This document shows positions 34,801 to 48,478 of a DNA stretch of 64,000 bases, in pieces; within the stretch, counting starts at the first letter, position 1; every line of letters begins with the position of its first letter. The translations under genes were made by a program, and so were the position numbers. The notes beneath the pieces were generated by a model. That model worked only from the letters and a program-made list of their open reading frames with translations, was not told the origin of the DNA and did not search any database. Source of the DNA: Chara braunii (taxonomy: Eukaryota; Plantae; Charophyceae); contig BFEA01000012.1 of the NCBI GenBank assembly GCA_003427395.1, positions 5,973,336-6,037,335 of the forward strand. The letters are read 5' to 3'.

Positions 34801-36237
34801 AGTGAAAGACGTATAAGACTAATCCATTGAGAACTCTCTATCATCAAATGTTGGCGATATGATAATAGACCCGCACAGTAAAACCGTCCACCAATCAAAC
34901 TAAGCAGAGCACTTGAGAACCTCAAGCTTGGAAGCTACTATGGCTTTCGTACACAAAAATTTAACAAGTTTTGTGCTATCCCTTCGTCTTTCTTGCTTCT
35001 TATCAACGCTCGAGTCTCGGAACAAGGAAGAAACCATGAAATATGAGGAGTGAGATGCAGAATTAGCAAAAACAAGTTTGAGGGATGGGACAAGGAAACT
35101 GATGAAGCTATGAAATTCCATAAAGTAGTCTTGAGAGAACATGTGGTCAGTTGACTTCAGGAGTAACAAACGGGCTCATCTCCAAAGACTGTTGCGCAAG
35201 CCAGGGCGAAACTAAGATGAACACAAATGCTCTCAGACTCCTCTCTCAAAAATCTTATCAATGAATCATTCAACAAGTGTCATTAGGTAATTCAGAACCC
35301 TTATCAATCAATAGCCTGTAACTCGACTGCTTTCAATCGTCTAAGACTTCATCAATGATCCTCAACGAGATCTATTGCCATTCTGTTATTATCAATTATC
35401 TCTCAGATCAATATCAATCAAGCAGTGCCTTTATCAAAGGTATACAACCTGTGGAATCTTCATCGACATCTCATTGATCACTTTTCAGTTCTCCGTCAGT
35501 TGGCTCAATCTAGTACTCATCTCAACATGTGAGTACCATTATTTATTTTCCCGTCTATCAACCATTTTTGATTGATCTCAATAGAATTGCTTCAAAAAAT
35601 GCTTTTCATTATCAATATGTTGGATTCAAGCAAGGAGACCTTTCAATCTTTGTGGTCCTCGCAGAGTTTGCAGTGAGAACTATCCAAGACATGAGGATTT
35701 ATATGAAAAAAGGTAAGGAAACTCGTGAGCATTTCGACTCAGACTGGGTCACAGGAGCTCGGTGTGCTAAGAAGAAAGCACTAGTGTTTCATGAGGATGC
35801 ACGCCTGATTCATAACTTTGATCCTTAGCTATACAATGACTACCCTATATCTTGAGTCCCTTTCTACCTCATTGATGGCTCTTACTATTGTGATTTGATT
35901 TGGCAAAGAGGTATGTCTCACCAACAAAGATAGATTACGAGGCAATGACCAAGCCGTCCGGGTTTCTCTATCTCCGAAGAGGGATTTTTTCCAAGTTATA
36001 TCTTCCTACCTTATGAGACGAGTTTTGTGCTATGCTTGATTTTCAAATCTTTGGCCTGATGATCCTATTCAGAACTCATGGGCTCACAATCTCGGGAAGT
36101 ACAATGACGCGACTCGAGGCGCTCGAGGCGAGCAGTCAAAAGAAAGATTGATTATATGAGACCTGAGACCTGAGAAAGATTGATTATAAGAACTCTGAAC
36201 AAGTGTTGGCCATGTCATTTCATCCACTAACGGTTAA

Positions 36238-36623
36238 TGGAAAACCGAAAATTCAGGGTTTTTCACCATATCGCTACAAACAATGTTGTCGAAACTTTTG
36301 CGAATAAACTATGCACGGTTATAATACAAACATAACTAAACCAAATGGGCGAAAAAAACAAAACAAAACTCAAAAGCACTCTAAACCCTATTCCGAGTAG
36401 CTTTCAAAGTTCGCAGAATCTTTCTTCCAGTGTGGTGTTTTTGCCAACTTTTTCGCTACTGAACCAAATACGGCAAAACTGAATATAAATATACCCTAAA
36501 GCACATACATATCAGGCAAAAAGAAGAAAAAAAAAAAAAATACAAGCAAAAAACAAACCTTCAGGGAAATATGGCAGTTTCGATGAAGAATTCACCAAAA
36601 TTCACCGAATTTTGAGCCTTCCG
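36238..36623. mobile_element. Possible degenerate MITE, TTAA-flanked
   Basis: TTAA|TGGAAAACCGAAAATTC versus the reverse complement of the right end, TTAA|CGGAAGGCTCAAAATTC. Confidence 0.4.
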
Positions 36624-36899
36624 TTAATCGCTTCTCAGTTCTTGATCTTGTTTCGTTGGCATTGTTTGATGATATAATCTCTACCGATCATATCACAGTT
36701 TTGCAATACATTTTATTTTAATTTATTATTTGCACAATTGCATTCACTGTTCCGAAACATAATTAAAGATTCCTAAGACCGGTGACCAGCGTAGATCGTA
36801 AATGAAGATTGCTTTGCATTAATTAATTAATTTATTGCAAAAATCATTTAAAAACCTGCATGACAATCTATTGGCTTTCGATCGCTAGAAGTGGCCTAA

Positions 36900-39800
36900 C
36901 CGAAAAAAGTGCAACAATGCGCAAACTACGTCAACATGTACTCTGGATGTCTACTTTGTATGTCGACAAACATGGCAGAAAGCGCGAAATTGCCCTCATC
37001 GGCTAGGGCAACTGATGATGAACGCCATGCCAGCAGCTCCACATTGCCCACAAGCTGCAGCCCCCGTGGCGCCACGGTGGAGGAACAAGTAGCTAACGGA
37101 CCTGGGCGAGTATGAGACATGGTGGACGAACAAGTCATAAAGGTGTGTTAATCAATTCCTGTTATCTCCGAGGAAGCTCCTTCTGGACTCGTACCCATCG
37201 ATCAAATTTTCAGCTTGGGATAACCATGAACTAGAGATGATTAGGGCGGCTCAGCCCACTTCGGAGAATCCCATGGGTTTCGAAACCAAGGCTAGCGACC
37301 TTGGAAATGGAAGTGAGAGGTCCCATACACAAGACAAGGGTATTATAGGTTATGGAGATCACCCAAGCTCTAAATCATTGCTTCCCCTTGCCTATCAAGC
37401 ATCCCATCCATCAATCTCCAAGGATGTTCGTCTCAAGGCACTTGATCCTCCTCGACTGGGCCTCTTGCAGGTTCCCTGAGGATGATAACTCGATCTGAAA
37501 GGAGCTCATCGCCAAAATATGATGCGAAAGTTTGGGGACAACCCTACAATGTTGTTATTGACATGGACTCAACCGTCTTGACCAACTCCCTGAAACTAAA
37601 TGAAACAACCGGGCGAACAAAAGACCACCTCTCCGTACCCACCTGGAGAACGTTATCTGACCTCGACTGAAGGTAAGGTCTCAGCAGTCGTTCGAATGTC
37701 CAACGTGGCCGTTCGTGTCAGTAGGGTTCACGCCTTGGGCGAAGTGCTACTTCTGGCCGTAGCTTCATACGATGTCCTCATTGAACTTTTTGCCATAATT
37801 CTCATCAGGGTCCAACTGAACTTTAATATGATAAAAGATCTATCGTTCTCACTAACATGGGAGCAAGCGGTATATCTTGCCTATGACTTTAGCCATGTTT
37901 GATGCTCTGATTCAGCAACAACCTTGTTTCCACCCTGTTCATCAAAGAACCCCCCCAACTTTTCACTGAGCCACCCGTCCTAAAAATAACCATCGAAAGA
38001 GCACATGCTTTGATCGTAGGGGAACCGATTGTCCAAATCACCTAATTGCCCACTTCTTTGGAACCCCCCTTCGATTGCTTTATGAACCCACCATCCCCGT
38101 GCTTCCCCGATTTCTGAATAAGAAGTACTTTTGTGATTTGTCCCAACTTCTCGCAATTTCGCTACTCACCATGGATATGGAGATCCGGATGATCCAAACT
38201 CGACACCAAAGTTTTCTCTTCGAAACCACCGCCGAGGTCACCTGCGCCCTTGCTGGGATAACGATTGCTGGTAAGTAGGTAGATCCAACAAAAGACGATG
38301 ATGTGCGTTAGAAAGATGGCTATTTGCTGATGTGGCACTGAATTTTCCACCTTTTCTTTTTTTTTTGAAAGTCCATGGTGTTGTAGAGGCCAGTCACTGT
38401 GTACACCGTGATCACCTGGAGCAGTAGGCCGTGGGTGTCCTGGAATATGAGACCACCTCCCATCCCATCCTCACGTCAATACTCCTAACGCACCCCCCAT
38501 CCCACTATCCTACCTCAGTGTGACAGCACTCAGGACCATTACCCTACCAATGGGCAGGTAACTTGGACCGAACAGCAGTGATAGGCACCAGAGCTGATAG
38601 CCCTGGTGGAAGTGGAATCGGACGAGCCTTGTCGAACGGGAACTTCGGCAGGCCCAGACAATCTACTACAGGCCCCAAGAGACTCTGGGCCCTAGGTTTC
38701 AGACAGGGTAGCACCCATTGACGCAGTCTTACCGTCCTTCCCCTAGCTTACCCAAGGCCAGGCGGAACTCGGACTGGCCTGAGCGACTTATACCCCTACC
38801 CTTACCCCAGGGTCTAAGCCTTATATATAGCCANTAGACAGTNCTACCCGAATATNAGTAGGAACNCCGGTGGCCCATACCTGTCCCTACCGCAGATACT
38901 AGACCCCACCCAGTGACTAGACCCCCCCAGTCTGATAGTTGTGTAGCTCACACTGTATGTGTATACCCGAAGGCTGTGTATGCTTCGTGTATCTATGTAT
39001 GAAGATGTACAGACAGCACTATGTGTGGAAACTTGTGTATGTAGCCCGTAGGCCATGTATAATTCGCAAGCTATGTATATGCCCGAAGGCTGTGTGTGCT
39101 CTGTGAATCAATGTATCGAGATGTATAGGCAGCATCATGAGTGTATATCGAAGAGAGAACGGGGTAAGCTGGACAAGGACCCCCCAAGATCCGAGCCAAG
39201 CTTGAACCCGTGACCTTGAAACATGTAATCGTACGACTCTACCATGTGAACGGCTAGTGGAAATGGCACAAACGTGTGATATGCCAGACTGGGGAGATCA
39301 ACAGAACACCCAAAGATCAACACCCCCAAGCAACCCATGTGAAACCCAGAACCAACATACAACACCATGAACAACCCTTGGGTGGTGCACAGGCAGTGTC
39401 TGTAATAGTACCATGCGTCAGCCCAAGGGAGTGTGCCCAGCCGTGCGTCAATCTAACGCCCTGCCGGTGTACATGTGCAAGGTTGCAATGGAGTTTTGAA
39501 CCCGCAACCTCGTACCACAATGCGCATTTCCAACAGGTGCTCTAACCACTGAGCCACATCATGCTCGGCTCATCGCCGCTATCTTTCATGGCGATTGGAT
39601 GATTCTTTTATCCCGCCCTCGCTATTGGCCTCAGCCACCGAGCTGAGGGGAATGTCAATGATGATTGAAGAACAAGAGTTTGAACTGCCTGCGCCTGAGT
39701 ATGTGCCTATGGAAATCCATCGGTTGATCGGGGACATTTTGGTTGAGTATAAGGGTGCCATTGGCATGTCCAATACTGATATCGGGCTCACTATGATAAT

Positions 39801-40128
39801 CCAGCACAAGGTCCAAATGGGGGATCATCCACCCATTCACTGCCAGCCTCATTACTACTCCTTTGGTGAAATAAGTTAAAGTGCATTAGGGGATTTGAAG
39901 TGAATGGATGGATCAGACCCGCCATGGGCCGCTGATCATTTCCTGTTTTGCTGCTCCTGAAAAAGAACAGGTCTGTCTGTATATGAATTGATTATCGAAA
40001 GTTGAATAAGATTATGATCCAAGATGTGTATCCCCTACCCTGGATTGGGTGTGGCACATACTTCAGTATCTTCGATATTCGGCACGGGTCCATCATATCT
40101 TGGTGAGAGAGGAAGACCACCCGAGATT
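36900..40128 (+). pseudogene. Old Gypsy gag-end/protease/RT-start relic, related to the 6509-19813 element, interrupted by SINE copy B
   Basis: KVWGQPYNVVIDMDS, RVHALGEVLLL..YDVL, FELPAPEYVPMEIHRLIGDILVEYKGAI and PIHCQP align with 10850-12380. The 5' boundary is approximate. Confidence 0.85.
38352..39560 (-). mobile_element. tRNA-derived SINE, copy B (full length, ~1.2 kb)
   Basis: Minus strand starts GATGTGGCTCAGTGGTTAGAGCA (A-box) ... GGGTTCAAAAC (B-box). The A-tail reads as poly-T at 38352-38366. Host pol sequence resumes at 39561. Confidence 0.85.
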
Positions 40129-40710
40129 CATACTGATGTGCAGCCTTTTAGGATGTGATCAACAGACTTCTCATTCAAGGTCATGATATTGTAGTAAAAT
40201 ACACCCTTGAAAACTGCCATGAGCACCCCGTTCGACAGGGTCATTAGATCGGTACACACTCACACACAATAACAACAGCATAGGTAGAAAGGCTAGAGAA
40301 CCAGTTCCTGTGAAATGGGCTAGCACAGTAGTCTGGATTGCTAGGTAATATCAGCATGTACTCACTGATCTTCATTCCACAGAAACAGGAAACTCACGGG
40401 GTAATTCAGTTGAACCCGCAAGCTGGCAGTGTCAATGGCAAGGATGAATGGTGGAGACCTATGTGGCATTCTGAGTTCCACACGGGCCCCTGCAGGGCCT
40501 GACCAGGTAGGCTAGGGGTTAGGTAGGGGCCCCTACAGGCCCTGTGTTGTTTCACTATAGGTAGTGGCCCTCCAGGCCCTGTGTCGTTTCGGCCTAGGTA
40601 GACCCCGTAGGCCGGCAGGCCAGTAGGTAGGCCCCGGAACCTGTTTTGGCAACCGACCCTGGTTGAGGCCCAGTAGGTGCCCAGGCCGTTTCAGGCCTTT
40701 CAAAATTTAA

Positions 40711-40780
40711 AGATTGGGCGCCAACTTCGGCGCCAGACTTTGGGGCGCCAGACTTTTGGGCGCCAGATACTGGCGCCGGC
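40711..40780. repeat. GGCGCC-core tandem array (13-16 bp x5), probable DNA-transposon subterminal repeat
   Basis: GGGCGCCAACTTC GGCGCCAGACTTTGG GGCGCCAGACTTTTG GGCGCCAGATACT GGCGCC. Confidence 0.6.
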
Positions 40781-41102
40781 ATTGGTGAGAGCAGCCTCCC
40801 AGCCGGACCAGCACTATATATTCAGGCACTTTGTGGCGGTACACTTCAGTAGTCGTAGTAGTCGATGATAGCGGTACGACTCCGGCGCTAGCATAGCGCA
40901 GCAGTAGGGCTTCAGCTCTAGTATAGCGCAGCTGCACTACATCACAGCAGAGAGAGGACAAGAGCGAGAGACTGGGTTACGGCGGAGGCCAGGGGACTTA
41001 CCTGAGGACTTACCTGTCAGCTCCAGCGCTCCAGCTTCGTCTTCCGTGCATCCATACCTGCATCAAGGTGACACCTTTCGGAGGCTAGTACCTGGTACCC
41101 AG

Positions 41103-41182
<80 letters not shown>

Positions 41183-43088
41183 CGACATTGAGACTTGGTG
41201 ACATTGAGATTCAGACTTGACATACGAGCGGCGGCATTGTGGGGGACTGTTTTGGGATTGGTATCGAAGACATTTTCGGTTGGCGACATCGCTCCTTCTC
41301 CTCCTCCCTCTCTTCGTCTCTCCTCCCTCCTCATCCATGTATGTCGGTGCCTGGCACTTCGTCTGTGTGTGATAGCGCCAGGTCCCCCTTCACACCACGN
41401 GATGATGATGATGATGTTCAGTCTGTGTCACGACATTGATTGGGTCTGATTATTGGTATTTCAGCCTTCCGCTGTGCTATCTTTACTACATCTGTACATC
41501 TGTGAGAGGTCGGTTCTGGGTTCTGGTCTGCACCATATTGGTGTGTGACACCTAGCTCAACGCCAACAGCAGGAGGAGGTGAAGCAACAAATCAGAAGAC
41601 ATCACACAGCAGCTCAACAAATGTAACACCAAGTCATTACCTCAGGAGAAAGCAAAGCCCAATTCACCATTCAGGCATGGGGATATGCTTGAAGAACAAT
41701 CTGGTCGCATGGATTCACAGTGAACAGCAACCACATACACAGCGAACAGCAACCATATTCCTGAGAATNCCTCGCCTTGGCGGCTGAACCCGCAGAACAA
41801 GAGCATCACTGAATACCACGCATTTTCGACAGCACAGGAAGTCGTNAACTTGATCCGTCTGTCATGCAGCATGCCCACAATACACATGGCCGTTAAAAGT
41901 CCAAGACGCTCAACCCGCAATATGCCCCTGGCAAATCTCCTGGAAATTCATGACCCCGCTGGCGGGATGTTGCTAGAATTGAATCAATTGATATTTGTAA
42001 ATGCGCATCAGCAAACCTTCTGCCTCATAGCGAATGCCAATGCCTTCATGTCCGGTATTGCTGTAGGAGCTGTGAGTCGTGGTTCGTACAGCCAACATGC
42101 TGGTCTTTCCAGAGAGAAGATGATGCCCACACATTTGGAGGTTGTGGCTTGGTCGGCGACACGTTTGGCTGTCCACATCGGCTTGTATAATTGATCCTTC
42201 CACTTCTAGAATTGGCTCTTATGCCAGTGCGATACACTTAGGTAGTGATCATCCTTCCCTCCACCAATCTGGTTCTTGTCCAGTTTGATACACTTAGGCA
42301 GTGCTCATCCTCCTCTCCACCAATCTGGTTCTTGTCATTTGATGGATACGCAGGACACTCATAGGGTGACCGTCACCATTGACCTGTGATTGTGATTGTC
42401 CAGACAGCAGAAGAGCTGTGGGGCGACGGGCAAGAAAGGATATCGGTTCACGTACTGCTTCTGTGCTCGGCAGCAGTGAAGACAGCCAACTAAGTTGCAG
42501 TATCCACTGCTGCTTCATCTGCACATAGCAGGAAACATGCAGATCCGAAAAGACACCAGTCGATAAAATCGTCATCATGGAGGACGAGAAGAGTCTTCTT
42601 ACAAGGCCATACAATCACACTTCTCTCCCCTACCTACTCTGGGGAGGGGGAAAGGGGCGAAAAAAGATTATCAGAAACAGTTCGGACTCCTGCTCAAACA
42701 CAGTTCTTCTTTGACAATACTAGCTCGTTCAGGGACGTGTGCTCAATCAATTGGCTTCTCCTCCTCGCTTTCACTAAAAAAGCCTTTGATCAATTTTGAT
42801 GTCGAATTGACGACCCTGAAAATATCCAACTTGTCACAAACTGAAAAGCAAGGGCATGCATTTGTGCAGATCTGGCTAAGAGCAGCCTTCAGCGATGAAC
42901 AGAAGGTTGCTGGGGAAATACGTATTCTTGAAATTGTGTGAACAAAAGCCATAGGCGGAGCTGATCAGCACTCACACCTAACTGGTGTGCAGATGCGAAT
43001 GAAAGAGTGCCCACAAGGCTTTCCTTACCCAGCAAATGAGTGAGAAGGAGATGCGGCACAGACAAAGAGTGCACATAGGAAAGGAGAG

Positions 43089-43125
<37 letters not shown>

Positions 43126-43190
43126 NNNNNNNNNNNNNNNNNNNNNNNNNNNNNNNNNNNNNNNNNNNNNNNNNNNNNNNNNNNNNNNNN

Positions 43191-43251
<61 letters not shown>

Positions 43252-43697
43252 CACACTTGCTGGTAGGTTCGACTCCTGACACTACCACCTTTTTGAGAGC
43301 CCGGTAAAGTTGTGTCCACTTGGCAGACCATTGCCAAGCGGACAACGTTCGGCATCATTCTCTTGCTCGCAGTCAAGTAGAGCCAAAGGGTCCAACCGAA
43401 ACCAAAACCAAAAGAATGGTCTGGTTTCTCTGATTGAATGGATGGTGGAAGCTGGGGAATGAATTGGAAGAGGAATGACAGGACTCCAAGGAGGAACTCC
43501 ATCACGCTTTCCTGATCAACCCACCCTGCCCCTGATCACATGTAATCCTGGCAGTGGATAATCTTGAGCCTTCTCCCTCTTCCAGCATGACCACCCACCT
43601 AGTGACATATTGCAGGCCGTCGCACATGACTTTCAGATTCAACTTCATGGGCACACAAATCGCAGCTCAGTCCTTGCAGTTGCTGCCGGCTTACGGC

Positions 43698-43901
43698 TTA
43701 GCCCTCCTCAACCTCTAGCTGAGGAAGAGCAGTCCCAGATCCTGCAGCAATAGGCTCAGGCAGTACTGCTGTTACCATGTCTTCCACCTTGTGGAGCTGC
43801 AGAGCATTAGTTGGTGGTCCAAGGATACCCTCTATCTCCGTTGCATTCAACGTTTCATGCTCGAGCAGTGCCTGCGCGAGTGCATGCAACTTCTTTTCAT
43901 G
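43698..43901 (-). CDS. FTSH11: Last coding exon of an FtsH11/YME1-like ATP-dependent metalloprotease (peptidase M41 C-terminus)
   Basis: Acceptor ttggcag| then HEKKLHALAQALLEHETLNATEIEGILGP...EEG*, which closely resembles the plant FtsH11 C-terminus. Paralogue assignment is tentative. Confidence 0.88.
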   Translation of the reverse strand, partial: HEKKLHALAQALLEHETLNATEIEGILGPPTNALQLHKVEDMVTAVLPEPIAAGSGTALPQLEVEEG

Positions 43902-44529
43902 CTGCCAACACGAGTCAAATCGCCGCAGATAGAAAGAAACCGAGCCTCAGCATGGCACACCATTTACAGTCTTTTGCAGAAAATGGTTGTTTTTTTTTTT
44001 TTTTTTTTTTTTTTAAACAGGGCCTTGTGGTCCTGACTAGTTCTATTCTGGGGAGCGTCAGTCTGGTTCCTATTCCACCGGCAAGTCAACATATAATACA
44101 TCACAAAGGAAAGACTCACGCTTCCTCTCTTTTGCAGAAAATGTGAGAAAGAAATGGAGGAATTTTTGTGCAGTAGCTAATGCCCTGTGTACCATTCATA
44201 CCACCTGGTTCAGACTCATACACCATGAAACATGCTCTCGAAGTTTGTGATGACAAGTCCATGAGCAGTCCGAACTACTCCCATGCATCGATAACTCTTC
44301 TGGTGCTTTGAGACCCAGCGAATTTGAATGCTTTACTGGGATTTCAGAAAACTCGGAACACGCATGAACACATGCATGCAATGTGAGCTCCAACAATAGC
44401 TTCGCGAAATCAACTTATATTATACAAAGGGGCTCGCACCGATGACCTCTTGGATAGGGTGCAGTGATGTCGATATTTCAGCTAGAAAGACTTGGAGTCT
44501 GGGTACCACCAGATTCAGATAAGACCCAA

Positions 44530-47190
44530 GGATCAGCACAAGACAGCATTTCAGACAAGGTATGGACTGTACGAGTTTGTGGTGATGCCGTTTGGGCTTT
44601 GCAATGCACCCGGGACATTCCAGCCAGCAATGAATTAGTGTTTACTTAACCATATTCTTATCTTTAGCAAGGCTCTGGAGGAGCCTGCACAACACTTAGA
44701 CATTGTTCTGTCAATATAGTGTTTTTTAGTACGTCTCTGGAGGAGCATGCACAACACTTGGACATTATTCTAGGTCTCCTTCAGAAACACATGTATAATA
44801 TCAAGTTATTAACATAGAGAAGAGTAAGTTTAGGCACATTGCAGTGGCAAATCGAGCACCGCTGCCTCCAGACGAACAACTGGTTAAAAGACCGCACATA
44901 TTTGGAGCAGAAGGGTTTAGCCCTACCATGGTGCAAGTCTTGCCTGGCCGCCTTCCCTCACCGAAAGATCCCCGAGACTATAAAACACATTTTTTTGCAA
45001 TGCCCAGGGGTGGCGTTGGTGGGACAGGATTTGGCGGCAGCTGGACACTGGGTCAACATGGCCATGGGATTGGAGAGCGCTCCTGTGTGAGGCATGGTCC
45101 CCCCCACCGACAGCCTGTTTGCAGGTAATATGTTTAAGTTGGGGAGGAGAGCAGTTATTTGGGCCCTCTGGCGGAAACGATGTATACATGTTATTGAAAA
45201 CGTCAAAATAGAGGGGGGGGGAACTATAGAAATGATTAAGCAATAGATTCAGGAAGACCTTACGGCACAGTGGCAGAAAGTGAAATCTCAGTTAGAACTT
45301 GGAAGTTTTCTCTGCAAAACAGGACATAAGTTCCATAACCAATGCCATTAAACAATTCTCAGGGGATTGGCTGGGGAATGAGCAAGGGGGTTGGATAGCT
45401 TATATTCGCTGGGAGGGAGGACACCTCCCGGAATACAGCTACAGCAAGCTTAAGAGGGATTATACCATCTGCTTCTAAGGTCGACTCGACGTGTCCTATG
45501 CGGCCTCCCTCAGAGTTCCCTGATCCCTTTCCGCCCCATTGCCTCCCCATGGTGGACTTAGAGTGGTATGGGGCGGTATAAACATCAGAAGCAGGTCTAC
45601 CCGCTGAGGCAAGCAGAAGGTCTGGCAATCAGACAGCTGCGCAAGGGTGAGAACAGGGATAAAGACTATTGAGGCTTTGAGTGCCACCAGCTGGCAGACG
45701 AGGGGTTCTGTTTGGACAAGGTGGGGTTCGGGTGGGAAGTGCAGACCAGGAGCATGGGAGGCGGGAGCGGGGGGGGGGAGGGGGGACCACTCTATTAAAG
45801 ATCACGGGCAGAACTGGTGCCGGCGGTTCGATGATGTAATACAGGATTGGTTTTGGGTTCATGGTACGACCACCGGGTTGGGTCATCGCATTGCCTGTAC
45901 AGTCAATCCCCGGTAACACGGGCAATCAATGCTGGCAGGTCTACACAGTGAAGTTTAACCTTCGAAGGTCACTTTGGGTGGACTACTTCAATTCTTCTTC
46001 CTCAACTATGTGGTGGAGGAGGTCGACTCGTCGAAGGAAGATGAAGAGTTGAGATCTGCTTTTAAGCATTATGGGATTCGGTGAGGTTGCTTGCCCACTG
46101 TTTTATCTTCCGAACTTGCGGTGGAGGAGGTCGGCTCATTGGAAGATGATGAAGAGTAAACGGGCTGCAGGGAAGTAGAAGGATGGTTTTGTTAATTTTC
46201 GCAGCTTGTTCGGAAAAAAGATGTTTTCTCACGAGTAGCTGGTTTTAACAGGCCGGCAGTTTACTCAGTTCTTCTAAAAATTATTGGTTTGTTCTCAGAT
46301 TCTCTCAGGTGAAGCCGGGTATCGGTCCCGGTATTTCAGTGCTTGTAATATGGGACACTGGGCCCGTTTCCCAGCACGTGCTGCTCCCAAAAAATAAAAA
46401 TAAAAATAAAAATTCTTGTACTTAGATCATGAGATGTCTCAAGATGGGTTGAGACCTGAGGATGGAACGGTAGCGGCCATCCTGGCCGCGGTCTCAGTCA
46501 AATCATTCTTACGGATGACAAGCTACTATAGGCCGTTTGTGAAAAAATACAGCAGTACAGCAGTGCCTTTGACCGATCGGACTTGCCTTGACACCCCGTG
46601 GGACTGGACTAAGCAATGTCAGTGGGCTTTCAAGAAATTCCAGTCCGCCCTGATGCGGCATTCTGATCCCGATAAGCCTTTATCGTTATCACTGACGCCA
46701 GTCAATATGGGATAGGTGCAGTGTTACATCAATTGGAGGGCCATCTCAGAAGCTGGCAATTCGACTTATGACGGAGAGTTGTATGTACTGTACACGACCC
46801 TGAAACATTGGAAGCAATACCTCGATGCCAGACATTTTGAAGTCTCGTCCAACCACGAGACTCTCCAATTGATCAAGACGCAGCCTGTGCTGTCTGAGGC
46901 ACGGAAAAGACAGATGCACGTCATAGATATGTATAACTTCACCGTCAAGCATGTCAAAGGACAGTTCTATGTGGTTGCTGATGGATTGTCCAGAAGCGCT
47001 GACTTTCTCGGTTTGCTTGTCACTAAGTTTGGTTTAGAAGGGCATGCACATCAGCAGATGATCAATTTGTCAAGGGAGAGAGTTTGAAATGAAATCATAA
47101 CACAACTCTCTGTACAGGATAGAAAGATGTTCAAGGAGTTTAGGATGGTGGATGGATTATTGTGGGTCTGGCATGGCTCAAACGCAAAAG
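44530..47190 (+). pseudogene. Degenerate Gypsy RT-RNase H fragment split by a LINE
   Basis: [28 protein letters not shown] at ~44540; resumes after 46413 with YLDHEMSQDGLRP...SFLRMTSYYRPFV, LKHWKQYL and VADGLSR. Confidence 0.85.
44835..46412 (+). mobile_element. 5'-truncated L1-like LINE (zf-RVT remnant, long 3' region, A-rich tail)
   Basis: LQWQIEHRCLQTNNWL...WCKSC...ETIKHIFLQCP; ends in (AAAAAT)n at 46389-46412. Confidence 0.75.
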
Positions 47191-48478
47191 ACTGCAGATC
47201 AATGGCTGGCCCTGCTGAACGTTGCTGTGAAACCATACTTACAAGCACTTTATGACATGGCTTTGGGAAGGGAGAAGGAGGTGGAAGATAGAAAGCAGGC
47301 TACGCTTGCTACACAAGAGTCTATAATGGAAACTGTTCCTGCTCTGAACAAAGAGTAGTATCAGGAACAGATAGCCTCTATATTTGGCGACTTAGTCCGA
47401 GTTCGGTCTCTTGTAGGCCAAACCGCCCAGCTTTTTGGCGAAGCCAAGAAGCTGCGGCATGAGTTGGCTGAGATGGCCGGCAAGTACCGTGACTTGACGA
47501 AGGAAGTTTCAGATCTGCGACAGGGTCAAGTGCCTAGTCCTCTTTTGCTCCCTGCCCCGAATGCTGCGATTCAAACTGTTCTTGCCCATCTCACTACCTC
47601 ATCTACATCCTTGAGTATGGTGATCAGCCAAGAGGAACCTGCAGTACGTGTGGATTCCTGTGTCGCTGCAGCAATGGACAGCGCTGGAAATTCTACAACT
47701 GCTGCAGCCACAAGCGTGGACACAACAAATGCTGGTCTCAGCTACAGTGGTCCCTATATAGACAAGAAGGTGGCGCAGATTCTGCCTAGGTATGATGGGA
47801 AGGAAGACATCACGACCTGGATCAGCTCCATACTATTGTACTTGCTATTGACTCCGCCAGCAACCCAAACAATGGTCATGGGTACCAACGTGGAACCCAA
47901 CATATGGAGCTTTATACAGCTCCAAGCTATAGAGGCAGGCTATCAAAGAATAGACTTGACCAAACCGCTAAACCACAGTTCAGGCCCTCCTACTGAAACA
48001 ATATGACGATCCAAACGCTGCTGCCAAAGCAAGAAGAAAGCTCGACTTTGTAAAAGAAAGAATGTGGAAGGGCACTATGCAATCTTTGGCGCAATACCTT
48101 AACAGACTTTTTGCTACTCCAGGTCTGGACTTAACTAGAGAATATTGCATAAATGTTGTTAAAAGTGCGGTTCCCCAAGCTCAAACTCGTCGCTTAGGGC
48201 TCGAGCTCGATGATTACAAAGACTGTCGAACACTTATAAAGGATGTGGTCAGGCTGGAGGTACAAGACCACCTTAACACAACAGGCGCCAAGGAGTCCAT
48301 GAGCTGCAAGCGGTTTGGAGGCAGCAATCGGCCTTGCAGTGCACAATCTGTTGGAAGTCGATGATCCTACACAGATGATTCTGCTATGGGCGACGACCTA
48401 GAGCAAAACGCTGATACAACCTGTGCTCGTCATCAGCCCTTGAGTTTGAATCCGTGGATGATGAACAGCTATACGCCC

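Noticed and set aside
38379-39549. Reading the 1.2-kb repeat as a solo LTR (TG...CA)
   Set aside because: Homology extends beyond TG and CA, copies have A-tails, nested 5' truncations and Pol III boxes, and no TSD or PBS was found.
39480-39560. Functional tRNA gene
   Set aside because: A and B boxes are present, but no convincing acceptor or anticodon stems; it is the SINE head.
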